A DNA stretch of 63,509 nucleotides, counting the filler, from Octopus bimaculoides (lineage: Eukaryota), in assembly GCF_001194135.2 (NCBI RefSeq). It is 8 parts of 6 records of this genome, joined end to end, with 100 filler letters (N's around TTAATTAATTAA, not from the genome) between each part and the next. Parts side by side here need not be neighbours in the genome. Positions count along the whole stretch, not along the records: positions 1 to 13,484 come from NC_068985.1; 7 more parts are not named here. One strand, 5' to 3'. Numbering within the stretch: the first letter of the stretch is position 1; the number at the start of each line of letters is the position of its first letter. Position numbers and translations under genes: made by a program. The notes beneath the pieces were generated by a model. That model searched no databases. It saw only the letters and a list, made by a program, of their open reading frames with translations, and was not told where the DNA came from. This document shows, piece after piece, positions 1 to 12,096 of this stretch.

Positions 1-86
1 GTATTCAGCGGGCTTCGAAAATACCCATACAACAACTGAGAACACCGCAAAGAAGAGAAAAACAGGAAAAAATCATACCATTTATA

Positions 87-662
87 GTGACACAAAATCC
101 ATGCCACCAGAACATCTTCAATATCGCTAAAGCGAACTTACCAATCCTTGCACAAAGTAAGGAATTGAGAAATATCATTACAGATCAAAGTATAACTCTC
201 AGTAAGAGACAACCTAAAAACTTGAAAAAGCTATTAACAAAGGCAAGGTTTGACCCCAGCAACAAAAATCAAACATTCACTGTGTCCAAATGCAAAGATA
301 GCCAATGCGGTACATGCCGATCAATTCATACCGGCCCATATATGAACACAAAAACAGGGAAAATATTCACCAATGCGAACATGAACTGCAAAAGTAGAAA
401 TCTAATCTACTGCATCAAATGCCCTAATTGGTACGTTGGCCAGACAAGTAATGCACTATCAGAACGCTCACGTGTGTATCAACAACAGATTAAAACCCCA
501 GAAATCTGCCAAATACCACTGAGTAACCATCTGGCAACATGTGGTCATGAAACTTTTATGATATTTCCATTCCATAAACTTTACAACCTGAATGAAATTG
601 AGAGAAAACACAAAGAAAAGGACTTTATTAAGAAATTCAAACCCACTCTTAACAAACAATGA
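87..662 (+). mobile_element. Penelope-like retroelement, C-terminal GIY-YIG endonuclease fragment
   Basis: The ORF has CxxxxCxxC (CKDSQCGTC), then NLIYCIKC...YVGQT...LSER and a KFKPTLN terminus, the usual PLE GIY-YIG layout. The reading frame continues upstream to the scaffold edge. Confidence 0.85.
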
Positions 663-827
663 TTAAATTTATATCTAATATTAGGGATAAAAATCCAAAT
701 TTACAGGTAAAAACTCAAATTCAATTTATCAAAAATTAAACTTAAATTAAGTATTTACTTGTATTTACTTATTAAATTTTTCTATATGTGACTGTAGATT
801 TTCATGGAAATTTTGGTTCTTTTCTCT

Positions 828-935
<108 letters not shown>

Positions 936-1007
936 TACATATATATCCATCCATACATACATACATGCATGCATGCATGCATACATATGTATGTATGCAT
1001 CTATGTA

Positions 1008-1360
1008 TCTGTGAAGGCACATGGTTCAGTGGTTAGGGCATTGGCTCACAATCATGAAGTAGTGAGTTCAATTCCCAGACCAGGCTCTGTGTGTGTTCTT
1101 GTGCAAGACCCTCTTGTGCAAGACCCGCTTGTGCAAGACCCTCTTGTGCAAGACACTTTATTTCACATTGCTCCAGTTCACTCAGCTGTAGATATGACTT
1201 GCGATGTCACTAGCGTTCCCTTGGATAACATCAGTGTTATGGAGAGGGGAGGCTGCTATGCATGGGCGACTACTGGTCTTCCATAATCAACCATGCCCAG
1301 ACTTGTGCCTCAGAGGGGCACTTGCTAGGTGCAATCCCATGGTCATTTATGACCAAAGAG
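1008..1360 (+). mobile_element. tRNA-derived SINE (family D, CORE-like) with an internal 15-bp x4 amplification
   Basis: A-box-like TGGTTCAGTGG and B-box-like GAGTTCAATTCC are present. It matches the minus-strand copy at 52450-52770. The unit CTTGTGCAAGACCCT repeats four times at 1098-1157. Confidence 0.75.
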
Positions 1361-1770
1361 GTCTTTACTTTTACATGTATGTATGTATATATGTATAATT
1401 TACTGTTTCATTATTCATAGGATCAACAAAACATGTACTCTATCAAATGAAAGATAAATGTCATTTAATGTATGCAGAATTTAGATAAGAGCTACCAATA
1501 GTATCATGCCACATAGACATGATACTTCGGCAAATTTACATAACGTGCCTTGTGTATCCCTCCAAGCAATCACTTAGGCTAACAGATTGCTTGCAGGCTC
1601 AAGGCACATTATATAAATCTGCTGAATTATCATATGGTATGGAGGTATTAATAGCTCTTATTTAAATATTTTGCACATGAAATAACGTGTGTGTATGAGT
1701 GTGTGTATTTATGTATATTAATGAATGAGATGATGATGAGGATTATGGTGATAGTGGTTGGAACACACGT

Positions 1771-1841
<71 letters not shown>

Positions 1842-1887
1842 TGTGCACATCCAACACTTACTAAATACTATTTTCTTTCCTTTTCAG

Positions 1888-1925
1888 ACCTATTTATGCA
1901 GAAATTGGCTACATAGATATGGACA
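1888..1925 (+). CDS. Micro-exon (38 nt, phase 2 to 1) of a Tyr-motif-rich protein; encodes PIYAEIGYIDMD
   Basis: Strong acceptor ttttctttccttttcag and donor GTAAGT. It splices in frame to exon 4248-4278. Confidence 0.7.
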
Positions 1926-1979
1926 GTAAGTTTCGGTTCTCTCTTCATTGTAAGAAGCAAGTCCATTAAGTCCAACAAA

Positions 1980-3190
1980 TACATACACCAAACACTTTTG
2001 TTCCATTCTACTAATAAAACACTAGCCTCTACTCTTCTACACAATAAAGATATAAGCCTTTCTAGGGTTGGTTTTAGCATATCCCTTGAAAGGACTATAT
2101 TTTATTATGCTCTCCTCCCCATTCTACAATGCTGCAACTTATCCAACTCCATGTCATCTCTCGCTTGTCACTCTCCTGTCCACAAAATCTTCATTACTAC
2201 TCTGTTGATTTCTCTCACTCCACTTTTACAACAATTTCATTTACCTCCTGTGGAGGTGCAATGGCCCACTGGTTAGGGCAGCAGACTCGCGGTCATAGGA
2301 TCGCGGTTTCGATTCCCAGACCGGGCGTTGTGAGTGTTTATTGAGCGAAAACACCTAAAGCTCCATGAGGCTCCGGCAGGGGATGATGGCGAACCCTGCT
2401 GTACTCTTTCACCATAACTTTTTCTCACTCTTACTTCCTGTTTCTGTTGTGCCTGTAATTCAAAGGGTCAGCCTTGTCACACTGTGTCATGCTGAATATC
2501 CCCGAGAACTACGAGTACACGTGTCTGTGGAGTGCTCAGCCACTTGCACATTAATTTCACGAGCAGGCTGTCCCGTTGATCGGATCAACTGGAACCCTCG
2601 ACGTCGTAAGCGACGGAGTGCCAACAACAACAACAACAGCAACATTTACCTCCTACTTCTCCTGTCTCCTCCAACTCATGCATTATTGTTCATTCCCAAC
2701 CTTTATACCCCATTCACTACATCCACCCTTTAACCACACGGAATCTTTACAATTGTCACCTACCTCCCTTCTTTTTCATTCATTCCCCATTTCTCACTCT
2801 TGCAACTTCCATTCACCCACAATCCAATTCCTCTGTTCCACTCACTTCTCCTCATTTCCTACACTGACAGTCTACCCTGACACCTTATTGTTACTATTTT
2901 TATCTCTTTCCAGCTCCACCTGCATCACTTTCATCCTCTCTTCTAAAATGTGGGTAGCCAACTATATGTCATTTCTCTCTTGTCCCTCTCCTGTCCACTT
3001 AGTCCTCATTACTATTCTGCTGTTCTACCCTACTCCACTTTTATTGCATTGTCAGCTACTTCCTACTTTCCCTATCGATCACTTCCATCTCCTCTTCTAA
3101 AATGTGAGTTGACATGTTGATCTTCTACAGCAGAAAATCTGTTCTGCTCTGGCCCCTTCTCTCATACATTAACCCCTCGTTTCCTTGTAT
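1980..3190 (-). mobile_element. Highly degraded LINE (RTE-like) remnant interrupted by a SINE
   Basis: A purine-rich minus strand with an NPRKAYI fragment resembling the RTE C-terminal RGRPRKTYI motif. There is no intact ORF. Confidence 0.35.
2250..2642 (+). mobile_element. Full-length tRNA-derived SINE (family C) with (CAA)n tail and 12-bp target-site duplication
   Basis: It has a tRNA-like head with B-box GTTTCGATTCC and a (CAA)n tail. CATTTACCTCCT flanks both ends (2238-2249 and 2643-2654). A second copy lies on the minus strand at 37110-37470. Confidence 0.85.
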
Positions 3191-3289
3191 AAAGCTGACC
3201 CTTGGAGTTACTAGCTATGCAGGCTGTATGGCAACATCAATAGGGCTGGTGGATTGAATAAAGTACTCGGGACACACTGTAAAGTGGTT

Positions 3290-3432
3290 GGCATTAGGAA
3301 GGGCATCCAGCCACATAAACCATGCCAAAGCAGACACTGAAACAATGCAGTCATTGGACACATTGGTTCCTGTCAAACCATCCAGCCCATGCCAGCATGG
3401 AACGTCGACGTTAAAGGATGATGATGATGATG
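3290..3432 (+). mobile_element. RTE-type 3' tail fragment ending in (GAT)n
   Basis: GGCATTAGGAAGGGCATCCAGC...CCATGCCAGCATGGAACGTCGACGTTAAAGGATGATGAT matches the 3' end of the RTE copy at 30715-31800. Confidence 0.7.
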
Positions 3433-3582
3433 AAGTCATTTTGCTCAGTACTCTCTGTTCATACACACACACACATGCACACACAAACACACACACACAC
3501 ACACATGTAGACATGGTTATTTGTAACTTAATGGAAAAAAGTGTTACCTGATGATCCATTGTAGTTGAGAAATGTACTTAGA

Positions 3583-3684
<102 letters not shown>

Positions 3685-3769
3685 ACACAGACACACACAC
3701 TCAGGATTTAGATATGAGCTGAAGCAAACCTAATGTGTAACACAATTTGCTTCTTCAACCTGACAACAC

Positions 3770-4080
3770 TCCCAAACCACCACTACCTCATTAATTTGAC
3801 CAAAGATGCTACTCAGTTGCTCATTTGAGAAGTTCTATCATTCCCACCGTATTCTCCTGATGTAGTGCCTTCAGATTATCACATTTTCATCACTCCCTAA
3901 CAGTCTACAATGTGTTTTATTCAGCAATGTGAAGCTGAAAAATGTGGCTAGATGAATTCAAGTCAAGATCCAATGGTTTTTTTTTTTTACTATGAAGGTA
4001 TTAACAAGCTGGTGGAACATTGACAAGAAGTTGTTAACAATGAAAGAGAAAATGTTATTGATTTATTTGTTAAAAATATT
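3770..4080 (+). mobile_element. mariner transposase C-terminal remnant
   Basis: The broken frame reads EVLSFPPYSPDVVPSDYHIF, the mariner YSPDLAPSDY motif. Confidence 0.75.
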
Positions 4081-4247
4081 GATGAAAAATAAGGATGAAA
4101 ATAAATGGAATAATAGAATGTCTGAATTTATCTAACAACTCTTCATGTATATATTTAAATATATATTGATATATTAATGTATCTATACAGAGAAAAATAT
4201 ATAATTATATAATGACATTAATATTTTACAAATCTATTTATTTACAG

Positions 4248-4278
4248 GGGCAAAAGCACTCAAAGCTACCCAGAATGA
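4248..4278 (+). CDS. Micro-exon (31 nt, phase 1 to 2), repeat 1a; encodes (R)AKALKATQN(E)
   Basis: Acceptor tatttatttacag and donor GTAAGT. It is paralogous to 7919-7949 and has the same length. Confidence 0.8.
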
Positions 4279-4802
4279 GTAAGTATGCAAGATTGTTTTA
4301 ATTTTTACTATTTCTTTGTCTTTTTTTTTCTACTTTAAGAAATCTACTTTGAAATTTACAACGAGAAAGAATCTGATAGTTTTGGGTGAAATTAATGATA
4401 GTTTATGTGGTTAAGGAATTTGTGTTGCAATCACATCATTCCAGATGCAATATCACACTGCATGGCCAAGTCAGCTGAGCATGCCGGATAGAGGGCACTT
4501 ATCTTAGTCTACAACAGCTCCTGATGAGAGCATTTAAAGGCAATTTTACATTAACGTCAGATCCAGGGAGTATATGAAGCTTATGACCGGAACAAGAATG
4601 GGTTTAAAGCCAAACGCACACACACACACACAACACACACAACACACACACACACACACTCAAAGTTTTCACTTCATATTTGGTATTGTCTGTTATGTTA
4701 CATGAAATAGCTTCAATTATTATTTTTACTTATATGTCAAATTATATAATTTGTTTTCTAAGTAAGCTTCATTGATAAGTATTTGATACATTTGTTTTCC
4801 AG

Positions 4803-4852
4803 GTATTTAAGCCCAGACTCTGTAAATTCTCTGAAGCGCATTCAAAATGAAG
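4803..4852 (+). CDS. Micro-exon (50 nt, phase 2 to 1), repeat 1b; encodes (E)YLSPDSVNSLKRIQNE
   Basis: Acceptor tttgttttccag and donor GTGAGA. It is paralogous to 11368-11417 with the same length and frame. Confidence 0.85.
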
Positions 4853-5364
4853 GTGAGATTTTTCTTTATTATTCTCTAAATTTAATAGCATTAATTAGTT
4901 TAACAGCTTAAATGATAGAATCATGGTAATCATGAAGAATAAGAAGATTATGCAGGAGAGATGATTGTGGAATGGCCAAAATGCCCTCATTTTTCACCCT
5001 TCTGTCTGACAACCACCTACAGACAACTCATACTTCCCATAAATATTCCCATCCAGCAAAGAATGCTTACATTTATTTATTTGATCTTGGCTTGGTTTTG
5101 CTTCATGCTCTTTTTTGATGGGGCTGGGGTCATCCCAGTTTAGTGGCCCCAAAGACATCATTATGTGTAGAGCTGACTAGATCAACCAGTGCTCTCCATC
5201 AGGGGCAGCCCCTCTGCATCCTCCAAGGTGATGTCAAGCCTCTAGAGATCTTCCCCAGTCATGCCCAACCATCTGGTGCAGGGCCTGCCACAAGGCCCCT
5301 TCTAGCCTGCAGCTACTGTATTGAATGAGAGTAAAACACCAGCTGTATACTATTCACTCCAATT

Positions 5365-5890
5365 ATGAAGAAGAGAGAGGATGAGGCCAATAAACTGTCC
5401 ACAGTCTGTGTACCTTATGTGAACGACCTCGCCAAAAAGATACAAAAGATATGCAGCCCATATGACATCAAGACAGTATTCAAGAGTAATACAACACTTC
5501 ACAAATATCTCCTTCGAGTAAAACCACCAATAGAAGAAAATATGACCAAAGACTGTGTGTACTCCATCTCATGCAGCTGTGGTAGGTTATACAAAGGCGA
5601 AACATGCCGCCCCCTCAAAATAAGGGTAGAGGAACATCGCCAATCTGTGACATGACGAGATATTGATAAATCAAGTATAGCTGATCATGTATGGAAAAAT
5701 GGAGACCGTCTCCCCCTGTGGGATGAAGTTAAAATAATAGACAGAGAAAACCACTGGAAAATACGAAAACTAAAAGAAGCAGCATATATGCTAGGACACA
5801 ACAACCTCCTAAGCAGACCAAGTGCAGATATGAGCAGCATATGGGAACCAGTATCAAGGAAGGATAGAAAAATATTAGATTTATAAGCCC
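5365..5890 (+). mobile_element. Penelope-like GIY-YIG endonuclease remnant
   Basis: It reads VPYV...VYSISCSCGRLYKGETCRPLKIRVEEH, then an in-frame stop, then KSSIADHVW...KIRKLKEAAY. Confidence 0.85.
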
Positions 5891-5915
5891 TAAAATTCAC
5901 TCCATAATTGCCCAT

Positions 5916-5990
5916 GGGCATATGGCGTAGTGGTTAAGAGCACGGGCTACTAACCCCCAAGATTCCGAGTTCGATTCTAAGCAGTGTCCT
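5916..5990 (+). mobile_element. tRNA-like SINE head (pseudo-tRNA)
   Basis: A box TGGCGTAGTGG, anticodon-like loop CTACTAA and B box GAGTTCGATTC are present. Acceptor-stem pairing is poor. Confidence 0.55.
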
Positions 5991-7026
5991 GAGCACTGCT
6001 CAACTTAATCTTTGTGTTGTGAGCAGAATCATAGCAGCTCCATAGATGCTTCTCAAGAGTATCAAAAGCCTTTGTGGGATAGTGTATTTGTCACTCAGCT
6101 TTGAGGTCAGAAGAATTAGTACAAGTCACTGTGCTGTTGAGAGAGGTAAAGGCCTCAGAGTGTACTTTAGGAGCTCTCCATGTACTATCACTTTCTCAGG
6201 TAATCTCAATCTAATAGGACATCTTAGTGGGGTCTCGTAGAGTAGCTTAGTCTTTGAAGTGTTGAACTTGAAACCAAACACTTGTGCTGCACAAGAAAAT
6301 TGGTCCACAATGCATCGTATGTCCTCAATGTTGCTGGCCACATGCACTGAGTCATCTGCAAAGAGCAGCTCCCTGACATACATTTGTCCAGGAAGCACGG
6401 AGAGGAGATTCAGAAGCTGCTAGACAAAAAAGCAATGCCTGCACCAGCAACATCTACAGAACTCAAAGAGAAGCAGGGTCGCTTTTGCTGAAATCAAGTC
6501 TGAAGTATAGGAGGAAATTAGTGAGACTAAGGAAATTTTTGAAAAATAAAAAGTGGAGAGGGGTCAGGGTGCAAATACTCAACCTCTGCCAACCCTACCT
6601 AGTTAAGCCTTGATGAAGCCCATCTTTTATTAATAACATTCCAGACTTGATTGTATTTCTAAGGCTAAAATGTTCTATGTGTCTTCCCCTTTCTTTTTAT
6701 ATATCTTTTAAGATGATTGAGTCGTGATTAGAGGGAGTTTAGCTGCTATTTCTTACAGGCTGACTGACCTCCTCATTCAAAGACAGGTTTAAAGTACTAT
6801 GGTGATGAACACCCTAGAGTTATGGTTTCAATACCCAGTTAATCAAGTGTATGGTATGATTTCAATACACAGCTGTACCCATTTCAATCACAATCACCAT
6901 TATTTGTTTTTCTTTTTTGTGGTGATGGAGAGAAGGAAACTACATCTAATGTCCAAAGTATCATATATCTGGAATTTTTAGTCAGGTATAAAAGAAACCA
7001 ATGTTTAAAATATTGTGTTGATCGCT

Positions 7027-7100
<74 letters not shown>

Positions 7101-7122
7101 AAGTATAATATATGATACATAC

Positions 7123-7153
<31 letters not shown>

Positions 7154-7180
7154 GTGAGAGAGAGAGGGAGAGACAGAGAG

Positions 7181-7336
7181 GTGTGGCTGAATGGTAAGAA
7201 ATTTGCTTCCCAACCACATGGTTCTGAGTCAGTACCACTCTGTAGTAGCACCTTGGGCAAGTGTCTTCTGCTATAGCCTTGGGCTGACCAAAGCTCTGTA
7301 TGTGGATTTTGTAGAGAGAAACTGAAAGAAGCCTAT

Positions 7337-7373
<37 letters not shown>

Positions 7374-7570
7374 CCCATCGTCATTTGACAACCAGTTTTG
7401 GTGTTTACATCCCATAACTTAGTGGTTTGGCAAAAGAGACCAACAGAATAAGTACAAGGCTTTACAAAAATTATAAGCGCTGAGGTTGGTAAGACCAACT
7501 AAAGATTCTTCAAGGGAATGCCCAGGCACCACTTCAGTCCAAAGACTGGAGCAAGTAAAAGACGGAAGCA
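7181..7570 (+). mobile_element. tRNA-derived CORE-like SINE (family A), near full length
   Basis: GGTAAGAA.TTTGCTTCCCAACCACATGGTT...CACCTTGGGCAAGTGTCTTCT, an internal (GT)n tract and a 3' GACTGGAGCAAGTAAAAGA end. Further copies or fragments are at about 11760-11970(-), 19281-19430(+), 20105-20250(-), 28806-29275(+), 43566-43955(+), 44210-44585(-), 47225-47420(+), 48250-48410(-), 50865-51110(-) and 58497-58735(-). Confidence 0.8.
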
Positions 7571-7589
7571 AGAAAAAACCATCATCATC

Positions 7590-7790
7590 ATCATATGTCC
7601 GTTTTCCATGCTAGCATGGGTTGGACAGTTTGACTGTGTTCTGGAGAGCCAGGCTCCAATCTGATCTGGCAATGTTTCTCCAGCTGGATGCCCTTCCTAA
7701 TGTCAACCACTCTGAGAGTGTAGTTGGTACTTTTTACATGCTAGCAGTACAGGAGCCAGTCAGGGGGCCCTGGCATCGATCACGTAATTG
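7590..7790 (-). mobile_element. RTE 3' end fragment with (GAT)n tail
   Basis: It is the reverse complement of the tail seen at 47478-47657 and 51870-52160. Confidence 0.75.
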
Positions 7791-7918
7791 ATAATCAAAC
7801 TTTTTACCACAAAGCCATGCCTGCCAATATAGAGGTGACTGTCAATTGAGATTTTTTTTTTCTTTTCTCTCTCAATTCATGTTTTCTCCTTACATTTAAC
7901 AAATTTATTTTTTTACAG

Positions 7919-7949
7919 GGACAAATGACCGCAAATCTACCGAGAATGT
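7919..7949 (+). CDS. Micro-exon (31 nt, phase 1 to 2), repeat 2a; encodes (G)TNDRKSTEN(V)
   Basis: Acceptor tttattttttttacag and donor GTAAGT. The downstream intron is homologous to the intron after 4278. Confidence 0.8.
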
Positions 7950-8955
7950 GTAAGTATGCAAAAATAAAATATATTTTCACACACTTTCCTTATATATATA
8001 TTTTTTCCTTTGAATCCATCTACCTGGAAATTTAGAAAGAGAAAAATATCTTTATTTTTGATAGTTTTGGGGAAAATTGAAAATAATTGTTTGTGTGGTC
8101 AAAGAATTTGTATAGCATTCACATCATTGAAGATACAATCACACTGCATAGCCAAATCATCTGTATATGGAATGTGGTGGGCACTTGTCTAAGTCTGAGC
8201 TAAAACAGTTCTTATAAATGAGAGCATTTATAAGAAGTCTTAAGAGAACAACATCAGACCCTGGAAGTAGGTTGAAATTTATCTCCTGGGCAAAAATGCG
8301 TTTAAAGCCAAACACACACACATTCACACACACATGCACAAGCACACACACACATGCACCAGATAATGAACCACTGCTCGGCGACGGCCCAATCCCTTCT
8401 TCATCAAGTGAGTGAGGAAACTACGAAAGTGGTGGTTTTTCACGCACGCACACAAATAACACGCATGTAAACAAACAAACGCACACACATGCATACACAT
8501 GCACAAACATACACACATACATACACACGTACAAACAAGTACATGCACACACACATTCACACACATACATACATGTATATACAGACAGATAATGCATATG
8601 AAGAGTTAAAACATGTAAGAAGTTAAAAACAAAGATTAAAAAAATTTATATCTTTTAAAAGTTGTTTTCTACTCCTAATGTTTCTCCAGGCTGTTGGATT
8701 CTTTTCTTTCTTGTTGTTGAAAAATAGATGGTTGTGCAAATGTTGTAAAGAATATTAAACAAGCAATCTTTTTTTAATTGTTTTCATTCACTTCAACTCA
8801 GATGTTTTAATTAATTCCTCACCTGCATTGCTCAAAGACTTTTATCAAATTCATATACATTGTAAAGTCTTCAGTAAAAATTACAATACTTACACACACA
8901 AACGCACACACACACACAGACACATGCACACATGCACATACAATACATATATCTA

Positions 8956-8991
<36 letters not shown>

Positions 8992-9416
8992 NNNNNNNNN
9001 NNNNNNNNNNNNNNNNNNNNNNNNNNNNNNNNNNNNNNNNNNNNNNNNNNNNNNNNNNNNNNNNNNNNNNNNNNNNNNNNNNNNNNNNNNNNNNNNNNNN
9101 NNNNNNNNNNNNNNNNNNNNNNNNNNNNNNNNNNNNNNNNNNNNNNNNNNNNNNNNNNNNNNNNNNNNNNNNNNNNNNNNNNNNNNNNNNNNNNNNNNNN
9201 NNNNNNNNNNNNNNNNNNNNNNNNNNNNNNNNNNNNNNNNNNNNNNNNNNNNNNNNNNNNNNNNNNNNNNNNNNNNNNNNNNNNNNNNNNNNNNNNNNNN
9301 NNNNNNNNNNNNNNNNNNNNNNNNNNNNNNNNNNNNNNNNNNNNNNNNNNNNNNNNNNNNNNNNNNNNNNNNNNNNNNNNNNNNNNNNNNNNNNNNNNNN
9401 NNNNNNNNNNNNNNNN

Positions 9417-9448
<32 letters not shown>

Positions 9449-9507
9449 ACATATATATATGTTACATATATAATATATAGTACAACTCTGATTGTGAATA
9501 AATTGTG

Positions 9508-9550
<43 letters not shown>

Positions 9551-9771
9551 AATAGGTATAGCTATATATAAAGCACAATTTATTTGTGATCAGAGGTGTT
9601 CGTAAAGCAAGGTACAACTGTATTAAATGAATATGAGAAAGACAGTAGATAAAGTACAATTTATTTGTGATCAGAGTTGTTCAAAAACAGGTTGTACTGT
9701 ATATGTATAGGCGGTGCTCCAGCATGGCCACAGTCAAAAGACTGAAACAAGTAAAAGAGTAAAAGAGTATA

Positions 9772-10880
9772 TACTGGGTCATCCCATAAATAATGCACTT
9801 TTTTTATAGTTTTATTTTTCAAAATTAAGATAAACTAAGTTCATTTTTTATCAAAAATATACTCTCCTTCATTTTCTACAATGCTCTTCCATCTATCTGG
9901 TAGACTCTTCAAAAATTCGCTTGTCCGTGACAAAAAAATACTCCTTTTGTACTGTTATGACCTCATCTACAGAATTCATATTTTTTCCATCCAAATGATT
10001 TTGAAGACTGTGGAATAAATGATAATCAGATGGGGGAATGTCCAATGAATATGGTGGTTGGGGCATCGTTTCCCATTCAAACTGCTCCAGCCTTTGGAAT
10101 GTCATCCTCACTATGTGACTGAGCATTATCCTGATGGAAGAACACTTTTCATTTGAAACTAAAGATGGTCGTTTTTCTTTTAGCACTGACTTAAGTCACT
10201 CAAGCTGCTTGCAGTAGATCTCCTTTGTTATCGTTTGGTTTGGGTTTAAGACTTCAAACTGGATTAAATCTTTCATATCCCACCAAACAGATAACAACAC
10301 CTTCTGTAGGTGAAGATCTTGTGCCAGTGCCAGTGTTTTTCCTTTCCACTGTCTTTGGCATTTGACATTTTTATAGAGAACCCATTTCTTGTGACCAGTC
10401 ACTATTCGGTCCAAAAATGGTTCATTCCTGAGATGACGTGACAGCAAAGAAAGCACACATTCACTCTCTGCATGTGATTAGACTTGGAAAGTTTGTGAGG
10501 AACCCATTGACCCAGTTTGCTGACTTTTCCGATGGTATGCAGGTGTCAATGAATAGTTGAATGATCAAATCCAAGCTTCTCTGCTAGTCCTCAACAGTTA
10601 TGATGGGATTTCATTCCAGCAGGTTTTGCAGGACAACCTCATCAAGCTCTATAGATCTTCCAGAATGAGGCTCATCTTCTAGGCTGTAGTTACCAACTCG
10701 GAATTTCTGGAACCACTGTTGACACTGGCTTACACTTATTGTCCGATCCCCATTGTTTGATACTGCTTATTGTCCAATACTGCATTAATATTCCTCACAC
10801 TTTCCATGGCATTGTTGCTTTTATTTAACTCATAAATAACGCAAACTGTGCCAAATATGCTCATTTGCCACTTCCATTAC
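9772..10880 (-). mobile_element. Decayed mariner (Tc1/mariner, D,D34D-type) transposon
   Basis: Frameshifted fragments include QWFQKFRVGNYSLEDEPHSGR, GQWVPHKL, FLDRIVTGHKKWVLY, KVLLSVWWD and QPPYSLDIPPSDYHLF. It lies in the intron between repeat exons 2a and 2b. Confidence 0.9.
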
Positions 10881-11186
10881 AGCTTTGAAAAAATAATTGT
10901 TAAAATCGAACTGCACTCTTCAAAACTTGCACTAAGAATAAGTACAAGATATCTTTTGACCTTGTCACTACACAGTAATTTCCCTTTGTTTTTAACGATC
11001 ATTTTTCACAGGAATTTTCAATGGCTGGATAACTGAAGAGATGTTGGCGTGGGCTCCCACCCTGGCATCCGAAACTCGGAGTTTTATCATGGCTACTGAA
11101 TAAGTGTCACATATTTTTACAGATAAATTCCTCTATTTGCATAATATTGAGGTTTCTTTCTTTCTTTTGTTGTCCTTCCTGTCAAA

Positions 11187-11222
<36 letters not shown>

Positions 11223-11367
11223 TGTATGTATGTTTTTACATATGTAGATATATATGTGTGTCTGTGTGTATATATATATGTGTGTGTGTGTGTATGTAGG
11301 TAGGTATAATTCATCTTTTTATAGTTAATTTCATTGTTGTTAAGTGTGTGATTCATTTATCTTCCAG

Positions 11368-11417
11368 ATATTTAAACCCATTGTCAGTAAATTCCCTGAA
11401 GCACATTCAAAATGAAG
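11368..11417 (+). CDS. Micro-exon (50 nt, phase 2 to 1), repeat 2b; encodes (V)YLNPLSVNSLKHIQNE
   Basis: Acceptor catttatcttccag and donor GTGAGA. It is a close paralog of 4803-4852. Confidence 0.85.
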
Positions 11418-11448
11418 GTGAGATTTTTCATTATTCTCTAAATTTAAT

Positions 11449-11668
11449 GGCAAGGCAGCAAGCTGGCAGAATTGTTAGCATGCCGGGCAAAATTCTTAGC
11501 GGCATTTCATCCATCTTCATGTTCTGAGTTCAAATTCCACTGAGATTAACGTTGCTTTCATCCTTTTGGAATCGATAAATTAAGTACCAGTGAAACACTG
11601 AGGTTGATGTAATCGACTAGTTCCTTCCCCACAAATTCCAGGCTTTGGGTTTTTAGTAAAAAGGATTA
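11449..11668 (+). mobile_element. MetaSINE-like tRNA-derived SINE (family B) inserted in the duplicated intron
   Basis: It has the core GTTGCTTTCATCCTTTTGGAATCGATAAATTAAGTACCAG. It is absent from the paralogous intron, where 4853-4980 reads straight through. Confidence 0.8.
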
Positions 11669-12042
11669 ATTAGTTTAATTGTGCATATGATAGAATCATA
11701 GTAATCATGTAGAATAAGAATATTATGCAGGAGATATGATAGTGGAATCTTTACCTTTAATCTTTTCTTTTACTTGTTTCAATCATTTGAATGTGGCCAT
11801 GCTGGAGTACTACTTTGAAGGGTTTTAGGCAAACACATTGATCACTAGATTTAATTTTTAAAGCCTAGTCCTTATTCTATTGGTCTCTTTTGCTAAACCA
11901 TCAAATTATGGGGATGTAAACACACCAACACCAGTTGTCAAGTAGTGGTGGAGGGGACAAACACAGACACAGAGAGACACACATAGATTTACATACATAC
12001 ATATCTATATATATATAATGTATGTATATATATATGTATGTA

Positions 12043-12083
<41 letters not shown>

Positions 12084-12096
12084 GTATATGTATATA

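Larger units (their letters stand above)
5170..6540 (-). mobile_element. RTE-clade LINE remnant (RT core to C-terminus), interrupted by a nested insert at about 5353-5990
   Basis: 6126-6398 encodes VRELLFADD...GFKFNTSKTK. 6000-6100 encodes AFDTLEKHLW...TKIKL. 5180-5310 encodes GRPCTRW...EDL.RLDITLEDAE. Confidence 0.8.

Noticed and set aside
5916-5990. Functional tRNA gene
   Set aside because: Acceptor and T stems pair poorly and it is nested in transposon debris, so it is better read as a SINE head.
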